DNA of 64,000 bases, taken from the NCBI GenBank assembly GCA_045632285.1, contig JAZQWJ010000002.1, positions 5,155-69,154 on the forward strand, read 5' to 3'. Numbering within the stretch: the stretch's first letter is position 1; the number at the start of each line of letters is the position of its first letter. The translations under genes were made by a program, and so were the position numbers. Below the pieces are notes generated by a model. The model was given only the letters and a program-made list of their open reading frames with translations. It did no database searches and was not told the origin of the DNA. The DNA is from Eubacteriales bacterium (GTDB taxonomy: Bacteria > Bacillota > Clostridia > Oscillospirales > CAG-272). Below are positions 1-7,711 of the stretch, piece by piece.

Positions 1-2
1 AT

Positions 3-551
3 ATGATGATGGGACAGATCCTTTGCGACGGTGACCGTGACCTTGTCGAGGCCGCCATTTGGGCAACTTCCGAGCAAAATACCCCCCAACGGGATGAGTT
101 TTACACCGGCTTGGAGCAGCTGCGCAGCGTTGACAGAGCCTTTGTATCCTCCGCTCTCAGCGTGATGTCCATGTGCGTGTGCTATTTGCACTCCAACAGA
201 ATTATCGAGCGCCGCAGCGAGGATTTTTCCGCTCGCCTGCGCACCTACGTTGATCGCCATTATACCGAGCCCCTGTCGGTGGCCGAGCTTTGCCGCCGCT
301 TGTACATTTCCAAAAGCAAGCTGTATCAGCTCTCGGTCAAGGCCTTTGGCATGGGTGTATCGGATTATATTCGGGAGCGGCGCATTGAAAAAGCCAAGAG
401 GCTGCTGAAAAGCACGCAAAAGCCCGTGGCACAGATCGCCGCCGAGGTGGGCTTTCAGGATGCCAATTTCTTTACCCGCAGCTTTAAAAAGGCTGTTGGC
501 CTGCTCCCCAAGGAATACCGCAAAAACGAAATTACCCCCCAAACGGTATAA
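3..551 (+). CDS. AraC/XylS-family transcriptional regulator, C-terminal part (5' end outside window)
   Basis: ORF open at window start; AraC-type double HTH (LSVAELCRRLYISKSKLYQL ... VAQIAAEVGFQDANFFTRSFKKAVGLLPKEYRK); hairpin terminator follows. Confidence 0.8.
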   Translation: MMMGQILCDGDRDLVEAAIWATSEQNTPQRDEFYTGLEQLRSVDRAFVSSALSVMSMCVCYLHSNRIIERRSEDFSARLRTYVDRHYTEPLSVAELCRRLYISKSKLYQLSVKAFGMGVSDYIRERRIEKAKRLLKSTQKPVAQIAAEVGFQDANFFTRSFKKAVGLLPKEYRKNEITPQTV

Positions 552-578
552 GAAAAGCCGCCGAATGGCGGCTTTTCT
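551..578. terminator. bidirectional intrinsic terminator between the araC-like and esterase genes
   Basis: AGAAAAGCCGCC-GAAT-GGCGGCTTTTCT. Confidence 0.75.
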
Positions 579-583
579 TATAC

Positions 584-1321
584 TTACTCTATGCTTTTGA
601 TCCAGCCCAATATCATTTTTCCAAGAATAGGCACTCCCTGTTCGTCAGTTTGCTTGCAATAGGTACAGTGCTTGCCGTGCATCAAGTGATAGGTCAGCTT
701 GCGCTCGTCATATCCAAAATGGCGCAGAGTCGTAAGGGTCAGTGCGGTCTGCTCCAAGCGGCCGTACATGTCGTTGTCGGATACCACAAAGCACATGGGG
801 GGATAGTTGGCCGAATCAACGTGATACAGCGGTGCGCTGTCGTCGATCATCACGCGGCGTGGGTCGATCCCGCGCTCGCGCAGGACGTTATAATGGCAGG
901 TGGGCTGCCCCGCATCGTGAAAATACCCCGCAACGGGTAAAGAAAAGCCGCTTTCAGCATACCAACGCTTATCAAAGCACAGCATCATAGAAAGATAGGC
1001 ACCCGCCGAGCTACCGCCCACAAACAGGCGATCGCAGCGACCGTATTGGGCAATGTGATCGGAGAGCCATTGCAGAGCCTCGGCTGCATCCTTCACAAAA
1101 TCCGGATAGCTTGCTTCGGGGTACATTCGATAGTTACAGGAAGCCACAGCTATTCCGTTTTCGGCAAGATAGGGGGCATTAATGCGTGTGGCGCTACCGC
1201 TCTTATCACCGCCCTCCAGACCGCCACCGTGAAAGTAGACAAACAGGTCAAACGAGGGACTATCGGGTAGGTAAAGATCCAAAAACGAGGTACCGTATTG
1301 CAGATTTTCGTATTTTTTCAT
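584..1321 (-). CDS. alpha/beta-hydrolase fold esterase/lipase (HGGG type)
   Basis: Oxyanion motif VYFHGGGLEGGD and nucleophile elbow GGSSAGA (GxSxG); RBS AAGGAG upstream of ATG. Confidence 0.75.
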   Translation of the reverse strand: MKKYENLQYGTSFLDLYLPDSPSFDLFVYFHGGGLEGGDKSGSATRINAPYLAENGIAVASCNYRMYPEASYPDFVKDAAEALQWLSDHIAQYGRCDRLFVGGSSAGAYLSMMLCFDKRWYAESGFSLPVAGYFHDAGQPTCHYNVLRERGIDPRRVMIDDSAPLYHVDSANYPPMCFVVSDNDMYGRLEQTALTLTTLRHFGYDERKLTYHLMHGKHCTYCKQTDEQGVPILGKMILGWIKSIE

Positions 1322-1434
1322 CGTAACACTCCTTATAAGCAGAGGCAGAGCAGAAAATACAGCAGGGGAATAGCGGCAGTTGCCAAAAGCGTTGTACCCG
1401 GTGTGCAGGGCACCGCTCTTTCGATACCGCTATG

Positions 1435-2562
1435 TTATTTCTTTTCGATCAACGCATCAAAGCGTGTGAGATCGGTGCCGTTGCCGGCGGCTAAAATGAT
1501 GGCGATCTCATCGCCCGACAGCACCGAGGGAGAGCCTGTTTTGTCGGGAGAATACATCCCCACGTAGTGGCCACCGAACGGCTCGCCCTCGCGGGTCAGC
1601 TGCACGGGCTCGCTCCAATGGACCATATCGTCGCTTTCTCGGATCTCCATAACGTGGTTGACCATGCCGCCGTTGGGCTTGAGGCGCGCAAGGCAGGCAG
1701 ACATCAGATATTTGCCGTATTTTGTGGCGTAGATCACTCTGGGATGCCAGCCGGCAAGCGCAACGGGGCTTTCCTTGCCAAGATTGCCTGCCTCGCAAAA
1801 TGCGCCGTTATAGTACTTGACAAAATCGCCCATCACGCCATCGCAGCGCTTACGCGTGCGAGCTACGTAGATGTCGCAATCGGTCCAATGGCGCAAATTG
1901 GTATCGGCCTTGATGATGTTGTAGTACAGATAGATATAGTCGCCTTCAGGCTCCACAAAGATCGAAAAATCGCCGCTGCCAAAGGAGATCGGCCCCATGG
2001 GCTGGCCTTTTTTGCCATCGTTTTCGGGCGAAAAGGCCTCGGTAAAGCAAACGGTCTCGGCGGTCAGTACCCAGCGGTCAAATATCCAGCTTTTGCCCTC
2101 GTCGTCCGAGTGCATCAGTCCCACGTGGCGGAAATCCGAGTCAAAGGCGGGCTTGTCACAGTAGCCAAAGGCATCGTAGCCGGTACCGCGGCCACGCCAA
2201 GCGGTTTCATTATGGAAAAAGCAGAAAAAGCGATGCGTGCCGGGGCAAATGTAAAGGCCAAAGGGCCAGATGGCGCCTCTTGCCTTGATGCCTTCGGGGT
2301 AGCGGATGCCCGAAAAGGCATAGTCGGCGTGTCCGTCACCAAAATTCAACGAGATCGGCCAGACCTCCTGAAGATCCTCAAAGCAGCTGCCGCAAAACAT
2401 GCCGATGTGCCCGGAATTGGTGTGACCCGCCATCGCCCATAGCTTGCCGTCCACGTCGCGATAGGTGGCCAACGTTCCGTCGGAGCGGATACCGTCGGCC
2501 CGCTTGAACGGCGTTTCATATTGCGCACCCACAGTGAGATTGTATTTCTTCAAAAGCTTCAT
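1435..2562 (-). CDS. uncharacterised cytoplasmic protein, possibly beta-propeller glycoside-hydrolase-like
   Basis: Start moved to MKLLKKY (AAGGAG 7 nt upstream); no signal peptide; Trp/Gly/Asp-rich repetitive pattern; divergent from a GH39-like gene; no family recognised with certainty. Confidence 0.45.
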   Translation of the reverse strand: MKLLKKYNLTVGAQYETPFKRADGIRSDGTLATYRDVDGKLWAMAGHTNSGHIGMFCGSCFEDLQEVWPISLNFGDGHADYAFSGIRYPEGIKARGAIWPFGLYICPGTHRFFCFFHNETAWRGRGTGYDAFGYCDKPAFDSDFRHVGLMHSDDEGKSWIFDRWVLTAETVCFTEAFSPENDGKKGQPMGPISFGSGDFSIFVEPEGDYIYLYYNIIKADTNLRHWTDCDIYVARTRKRCDGVMGDFVKYYNGAFCEAGNLGKESPVALAGWHPRVIYATKYGKYLMSACLARLKPNGGMVNHVMEIRESDDMVHWSEPVQLTREGEPFGGHYVGMYSPDKTGSPSVLSGDEIAIILAAGNGTDLTRFDALIEKK

Positions 2563-2592
2563 AACAGCGCTCCTTTTCAAGGCTTTATTATT

Positions 2593-2621
2593 ATTATAAA
2601 GTAATTAAGAAGCCTTGTCAA
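2593..2621 (-). promoter_or_regulatory. sigma-A promoter of the 1435-2562 gene
   Basis: Minus strand TTGACA-17 nt-TATAAT, exact consensus. Confidence 0.65.
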
Positions 2622-2624
2622 GAA

Positions 2625-2643
2625 AACAGAAAATTTTTCTGTT
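2625..2643. promoter_or_regulatory. palindromic operator candidate between divergent promoters
   Basis: AACAGAAAA-T-TTTTCTGTT, perfect 9-bp inverted repeat lying between the two -35 boxes. Confidence 0.5.
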
Positions 2644-2652
2644 CAAATGCGG

Positions 2653-2681
2653 TTGACAAAAGCGCGGACAGCTTTTATAAT
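2653..2681 (+). promoter_or_regulatory. sigma-A promoter of the GH39-like gene
   Basis: TTGACA-17 nt-TATAAT, exact consensus. Confidence 0.65.
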
Positions 2682-2712
2682 GTAAGTGATCTTTATTGAG
2701 GAGGGAATAAAA

Positions 2713-4065
2713 ATGGTAAACGTATCTGTTGATTTCAGTCAAAAAACGGGCAAGATCAAGCCTATGCACGCCGTCAACAACGGCCCTGTTTGTAAGGTGG
2801 GAGATCAGTATCAGGGCTGGAACGACAACAACAATCTAAAGGCTTATGCCGCCGCAGGCATTCCCTTTGCCCGCACCCACGATGCATCCTTTTTTGCTTC
2901 ATACGGTCTGGAGCATACCGTGGATGTCAAGGCGATCTTCCCTGATTTTAACGCCGACGTCAACGACCCTGCCTCCTACGATTTTGTTTGTACCGACAAC
3001 TATATGAAAATGATCGAAATGGCAGGCACCAAGGTGTTCTACCGTCTGGGGCATCGCATCGAGCACGAGGTGAAAAAGTACGGCACGCTGCCCCCTGCAG
3101 ATTTTCAAAAGTGGGCCGAGATCTGCGAGCATATCATCCGCCACTATACCGAGGGATGGGCAGATGGCTATCATATGGACATTCAGTATTGGGAGATCTG
3201 GAACGAGCCCGATCTTGACCCCGACGACTCTAAAAATAAGCGCACCTGGGGCGGCACCAAGGCGCAGTTCTTTGAGTTTTATCACATTGCCGCAACTCAT
3301 CTCAAATCTAAATTCCCCCATCTGAAGATCGGCGGCCCCGCCATTGCGGGCAAGATGGATTGGGCAGAGGACTTTCTCGCGCAGCTGAAGGCACCGCTGG
3401 ACTTTTTCTCCTGGCACGTTTATGCCCATACCGTAGAAAAGGTTGCAGACAGAGCCGCCCGTGTACGCGTTTTGCTTGACAAATACGGCTTTACCGAAAC
3501 CGAGAGCATCCTGAACGAGTGGAACTACGTCCTTGCTTGGGAAACACAGCCCCTGCGTTACAGCCACAGGATGCAGCGCGAGCTAAAGGGCGCCTCCTTT
3601 AATCTTGCCGTTATGACCGCATGCCAGCTTGGCAGTGTGGATATGCTGATGTACTACGATGCCCGCCCCACGGGATGGAACGGTCTGTTTGACCCCGCCG
3701 AGCTGGATCATTGCTTCAAGGCCTACTACGCGCTTTATGCCTTTAACGAGCTGTATAAGCTGGGCGAGGGCGCCAAGGTAACGACCGTGGGCGAAAACGG
3801 TTATGCGTTGGCCGCTTGCAACGGTAACGAGGCCGCCGTGACCCTGTGCCATTACGACGATGACGACAACGCTGCCCCCCGCAGCTTTGCGGTGGAGCTT
3901 TGCGGTCTTGGCGGCGAGAACGGTACCGAGGTCGAGGTCTTTGTGCTGGATAACGACCGTGACCTGACTCTTTCGGAAAAGCTGACCTTCTTCGGTGATC
4001 GCTTTATCTGGGAAAAGGAGCTGCCTGTTAACGCTTGCTATCTGTTGAAGCTGAAGAAAAAATAA
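2713..4065 (+). CDS. clan GH-A glycoside hydrolase, GH39-like (beta-xylosidase/iduronidase type)
   Basis: Start at MVNVSVDF after GGAGGG; catalytic-acid motif YWEIWNEPD typical of clan GH-A/GH39; no signal peptide. Confidence 0.6.
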   Translation: MVNVSVDFSQKTGKIKPMHAVNNGPVCKVGDQYQGWNDNNNLKAYAAAGIPFARTHDASFFASYGLEHTVDVKAIFPDFNADVNDPASYDFVCTDNYMKMIEMAGTKVFYRLGHRIEHEVKKYGTLPPADFQKWAEICEHIIRHYTEGWADGYHMDIQYWEIWNEPDLDPDDSKNKRTWGGTKAQFFEFYHIAATHLKSKFPHLKIGGPAIAGKMDWAEDFLAQLKAPLDFFSWHVYAHTVEKVADRAARVRVLLDKYGFTETESILNEWNYVLAWETQPLRYSHRMQRELKGASFNLAVMTACQLGSVDMLMYYDARPTGWNGLFDPAELDHCFKAYYALYAFNELYKLGEGAKVTTVGENGYALAACNGNEAAVTLCHYDDDDNAAPRSFAVELCGLGGENGTEVEVFVLDNDRDLTLSEKLTFFGDRFIWEKELPVNACYLLKLKKK

Positions 4066-4076
4066 CCGCCAAAAAC

Positions 4077-4106
4077 AAAAAAGAGCCGCATATGCGGCTC
4101 TTTTTT
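4077..4106. terminator. bidirectional intrinsic terminator (GH39-like gene / permease)
   Basis: AAAAAAGAGCCGCATATGCGGCTCTTTTTT. Confidence 0.8.
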
Positions 4107-4113
4107 GTGTGAC

Positions 4114-5532
4114 TCAGTGAGTCAGGAAGAACATTGCTGCAAACAGGGCAGTGATGACCCAAGTGCCAACGTTGACCTCCTTGATCTTGCCGGTAAAGGC
4201 CTTGATCGCAACGTATGCAACCAAGCCAAAGGCAATACCGTAGGAGATGTTGTAGGTAAAGGGCATCATAGCAATGGTCAGGAATGCGGGAAGGGAAATA
4301 GCGGGATCGGCCCAATCAATGTCCTTCACGCAGCCCATCATCAAAATGCCAACGTAGATCAGTGCAGCAGCATAAGCGGTTGCGGGGATCAGTGCGGCAA
4401 CGGGGGCAAGGAACATCGCAATAAAGAACATTGCGGCGGTGAACATAGAGGAAAGGCCGGTGCGTCCGCCTGCACCAACACCTGCCGAGGATTCGACGTA
4501 GGTGGTAACAGTGGAGGTGCCGCAAACGGCGCCGGTGCAGGTTGCAATAGCGTCTGCCAGCATAGCACGGTTCATATTGGGAACCTCGTCCTCGCCCTTT
4601 TCGTTCTTGATCAGCAGATCGCCACCGCGGCAAGCGCCGTACAGCGTGCCCATGGTATCAAACATATCAACCATGCAGAAGGCAAGTGCGGTGGTGGCAA
4701 AGGCCACGATCAGCTCGCCAACGTTATGAGTCAGCAGATAGAACTCAAAGTTAAAGCCCTCGGTAAACACCTTGCCAACGGCGCCGGTGCCAAAGTCCTT
4801 AAAGGCAACAAGGGGATTGAGGGTCTTGTCTGCCCAGAAATTCGTGTAAAAGCCCTCTACGGTAAAGCCCAGTGCATAGTAAAGAACGGCCGCACCGAGA
4901 ATGCCCCAAAGGATAGAGCCCTTTACACCCTTCTTGGACATAACAGCAATGGCAATGACAGCGGCAATGGTCACAAGCAAAGGCATTACAGAGCCCCAGG
5001 TTGCGCTGCCAAGCAGGTTGAAGGAAGCAAGATTGACCTTGGTTGCGGGATCGGCTACCACCAGACCGGAGTTCTGCATACCGATAAAGGCGATAAACAG
5101 ACCGATACCTGCGGGGATAGCCATCTTGACTGCTGCGGGGATAGAGTCAAAGATCACGCGGCGCAGGCCGGTTACGGTCAGCAGGATAAAGATCACACCG
5201 TCAACCAGGCAGAAGAGCAGGGCGTTGGCGTAGGTAAAGCCAAGGCCGAAGCAAGCGGTATAAACGAAAAATGCGTTCAGACCCATACCGGAGGCCTGAG
5301 CCAGGGGGAGATTGGCCAAAAGACCGATCAGCACAGTGCCGACCACGGCCGAGAGTGCGGTTGCGATGTAGATCGCACCAAAGGAAACGGTTCCAAGCTC
5401 AGAGAACATACCGGGGTTGACCATCAGAATATAGGCCATTGCCATAAAGGTGGTCAGACCAGCGATCAGCTCTGTTCTGATCGTTGTGCCGCGTTCTTCA
5501 AGCTTGAAGAAGCTGTTGAGTTTTGCTTTCAT
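4114..5532 (-). CDS. NCS2/AzgA-family purine (adenine/guanine/hypoxanthine) permease
   Basis: N-terminus FFKLEERGTTIRTELIAGLTTFMAMAYILMVNP and polytopic profile typical of PbuG/AzgA permeases; start overlaps hpt stop. Confidence 0.85.
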   Translation of the reverse strand: MKAKLNSFFKLEERGTTIRTELIAGLTTFMAMAYILMVNPGMFSELGTVSFGAIYIATALSAVVGTVLIGLLANLPLAQASGMGLNAFFVYTACFGLGFTYANALLFCLVDGVIFILLTVTGLRRVIFDSIPAAVKMAIPAGIGLFIAFIGMQNSGLVVADPATKVNLASFNLLGSATWGSVMPLLVTIAAVIAIAVMSKKGVKGSILWGILGAAVLYYALGFTVEGFYTNFWADKTLNPLVAFKDFGTGAVGKVFTEGFNFEFYLLTHNVGELIVAFATTALAFCMVDMFDTMGTLYGACRGGDLLIKNEKGEDEVPNMNRAMLADAIATCTGAVCGTSTVTTYVESSAGVGAGGRTGLSSMFTAAMFFIAMFLAPVAALIPATAYAAALIYVGILMMGCVKDIDWADPAISLPAFLTIAMMPFTYNISYGIAFGLVAYVAIKAFTGKIKEVNVGTWVITALFAAMFFLTH

Positions 5533-6101
5533 TGTTTTGCATCCTCCTCATTATACTCTGCTATGTATGGCAGGTTGCGGAAATACTCGCCGCAATCAAG
5601 ACCGTAACCGATCACAAAGTGATCGGGAATGGTAAAAAGGGCTTTGTCGGGTGTAAACTCAACCAAACGGCGGTCGGGCTTATCCAACAGGGTGATCACG
5701 CGCAAGGAAAGGGGATTGCGTGCGCGCAACAGCTTAACAAGATCGTTTAACGTGCGTCCCGTATCGATGATGTCCTCAACGATGACTACGTGATAATCCT
5801 TGATGTCCTGATCAAGATCCATCGTGATCTTGACAGCACCCGTAGAGACAGTGCCGTTATAATAGCTCTTGGCACACATAAAGCCGATCTCACAGGGCAC
5901 CGATACTGCACGGCACAGGTCGGCCATAAAGACAAAGGCGCCTTTTAGTACACTGACAAGCAGGATGGGACGGCCGTCGTAAATGGCGTCGATCTCCTTG
6001 CCCGCCTTTACGATGGCGGCGTCGATCTCTTCTTTGGTGATCAAAATGCGCTTGATCTTGCCTTGGTATTCGTTGATAGAGTGAAAGGTCTCTGCAGGCA
6101 T
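5529..6101 (-). CDS. hpt: hypoxanthine phosphoribosyltransferase
   Basis: PRPP-binding loop VVIVEDIIDTGRTL; start moved to MPAETFHS (AAAGGAG upstream); 4-nt overlap with the permease gene. Confidence 0.9.
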   Translation of the reverse strand: MPAETFHSINEYQGKIKRILITKEEIDAAIVKAGKEIDAIYDGRPILLVSVLKGAFVFMADLCRAVSVPCEIGFMCAKSYYNGTVSTGAVKITMDLDQDIKDYHVVIVEDIIDTGRTLNDLVKLLRARNPLSLRVITLLDKPDRRLVEFTPDKALFTIPDHFVIGYGLDCGEYFRNLPYIAEYNEEDAKQ

Positions 6102-6132
6102 AAAAAACTCCTTTTGAGGATTTCTTATTCTC

Positions 6133-6161
6133 ATTATACAATATATAGTTTTGTTTTTCAA
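6133..6161 (-). promoter_or_regulatory. sigma-A promoter of the hpt-permease operon
   Basis: Minus strand TTGAAA-17 nt-TATAAT with TGT extended -10. Confidence 0.6.
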
Positions 6162-6170
6162 TAGGGTTTG

Positions 6171-6192
6171 CACATTTTGTGTCGAAAATGTG
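6171..6192. promoter_or_regulatory. palindromic operator candidate upstream of the hpt promoter
   Basis: CACATTTT-N6-AAAATGTG, perfect 8-bp inverted repeat 9 nt upstream of the -35 box. Confidence 0.45.
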
Positions 6193-6240
6193 AAGATTTT
6201 TTGATGATATTTTGTTTTTTCTCCACCAAAGAAAGAGAAT

Positions 6241-6282
6241 TATAAAAAAGCGTGCAAGAAGTTTTTTCTCCTTGCACGCTTT
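6241..6282 (-). terminator. intrinsic terminator of the GH109-like gene
   Basis: Minus strand AGCGTGCAAG-loop-CTTGCACGCT followed by TTTTTTATA. Confidence 0.7.
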
Positions 6283-6287
6283 TGTCA

Positions 6288-7556
6288 TCAATCAAGGTGG
6301 GGGAATATCTTTACGCTTTTATCCTCGCAGACCGTGTCAAGGCAATATTTGCCCCTTGTAATGGGTTCGCGATCCTGCCATTTGCCACCCGTAAAGTCGG
6401 GGACGTCAATCGGCGCACCGCCCTTTTGGATGGATTGCTCGGAGAGGGCACCGATCGAAAGCCACAGCACGCTGTCATAGGCGTCGATGGGGGTATTCGT
6501 GCCGTTTTTCACGCTTTCCACAAAGGCACGGCATACCAGCCAGTCCATGCCGCCGTGGCCGCCGCGGGGGCCCATCTCCACGTATTCGCGGTGCAGGGGG
6601 TGGTCGTATTTTTCAAAGTATTCCTTTTCGTTGTTTTCCACACCCTCCGCCATTCCTTTCAGGTAAACGGCCTTGCGCTCCTCGGTATACAGGCCTTTGG
6701 TGCCGCGCACGGTAAAATTGCGGCTGTAATAGGGGCGGGGAATGGTGGTGTCCAGTGAAAGCACAACGGTCTCACCGTTTGCGCAGGTGATCACCGTGGT
6801 TACGATGTCGGCTTGCTTATAATCGATCTTGGCGTATTCGCTGTCGGGGCCAAAGCGCTCGGCTGCGTGGTCGCGCAATCCCACCGCTTTCGAGGCAAAG
6901 GAGGCTAACTTGACCATACGGTTGCCGCGGTTGAGATTCAGTACCTTGGAAATGGGGCCAAAGGCGTGAGTGGGGTAATTTTCGCGGTTGCCGTTGATGT
7001 AATGAGCCAGGCGATAGTGAGGGGGATCCTTGATCTCCAAGCGGTCAAACAGATCCTCGTTGGCAAGATAGTGGGCATAGGCACCGTTACAGTGAACGAT
7101 CTCACCGAAAAGGCCAAGATCACGCATGTGCAATGCCATCATTTCACGGCGACCGTAGCAGCAGTTTTCCAGCATCATCAGGGGTGTTTTGGTTTTTTCA
7201 TAGACCTCGATCAGCTCAAAGCATTCCTCAAGCGTTTGCGAGCAGCCGACCTCTATGCCCGTATACTTGCCCGCCAGCATAAACTCCTTGGCAAGGGCGG
7301 GGCGGTTGTCCCAGCCTGTCATCAGCATCACCGCATCCACGGTGGGATCGGAGAGAATATCGTGATAATCGGTGGTAAGGATGGGGGCGGGCTTGCCCTT
7401 ATCAAGGCAGATCTGCTTGCCCTTTTCCAGCCGTTCGGTGGAAAGATCGCACAGATAAGCGATCTCTACGTCTGCCATTTGAGCAATGCAATGATGCAGC
7501 ACACCGCAGCCGCGCACACCAAGGCCAACGTAACCCAGCTTGATCGTTTCTTTCAT
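6288..7556 (-). CDS. Gfo/Idh/MocA-fold NAD-binding protein, GH109-like putative glycosidase
   Basis: Start at MKETIKLGYVGLGVRGCG (Rossmann GxGxxG; AAAGGAG upstream); C-terminal GGHGGMDW motif recalled from GH109 enzymes; no signal peptide. Confidence 0.55.
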   Translation of the reverse strand: MKETIKLGYVGLGVRGCGVLHHCIAQMADVEIAYLCDLSTERLEKGKQICLDKGKPAPILTTDYHDILSDPTVDAVMLMTGWDNRPALAKEFMLAGKYTGIEVGCSQTLEECFELIEVYEKTKTPLMMLENCCYGRREMMALHMRDLGLFGEIVHCNGAYAHYLANEDLFDRLEIKDPPHYRLAHYINGNRENYPTHAFGPISKVLNLNRGNRMVKLASFASKAVGLRDHAAERFGPDSEYAKIDYKQADIVTTVITCANGETVVLSLDTTIPRPYYSRNFTVRGTKGLYTEERKAVYLKGMAEGVENNEKEYFEKYDHPLHREYVEMGPRGGHGGMDWLVCRAFVESVKNGTNTPIDAYDSVLWLSIGALSEQSIQKGGAPIDVPDFTGGKWQDREPITRGKYCLDTVCEDKSVKIFPHLD

Positions 7557-7587
7557 AATGTAACACTCCTTTCGGGAATATGCTTTC

Positions 7588-7616
7588 ATTATACAAGGTT
7601 CAAAAGCAGATGTAAA
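7588..7616 (-). promoter_or_regulatory. sigma-A promoter of the GH109-like gene
   Basis: Minus strand TTTACA-17 nt-TATAAT with TG extended -10. Confidence 0.55.
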
Positions 7617-7670
7617 GCCTAAAATTGGATAATTTTGTTTGATTTTGGACATTTTTGGGAATGCGGCTGC

Positions 7671-7706
7671 AAAAGCAAAAGCAGCGGCGAGACCTCGCCG
7701 CTGCTT
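7671..7706 (-). terminator. intrinsic terminator ending the ior/paaK operon
   Basis: Minus strand GCAGCGGCGA-GGTC-TCGCCGCTGC followed by TTTTGCTTTT. Confidence 0.75.
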
Positions 7707-7711
7707 GCTCA

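Noticed and set aside
4105-5607. 500-aa plus-strand ORF rich in Gly/His/Cys/Asn
   Set aside because: It lies exactly antisense to the well-supported NCS2 permease gene. It has a low-complexity composition, no RBS and no recognisable domain, so it is an antisense shadow ORF typical of GC-rich codon usage.
6102-6240. Expected purine riboswitch upstream of hpt and the purine permease
   Set aside because: The leader is only about 30 nt after a good promoter, and none of the conserved purine-riboswitch loop sequences is visible. It was reported instead as a palindromic operator candidate.
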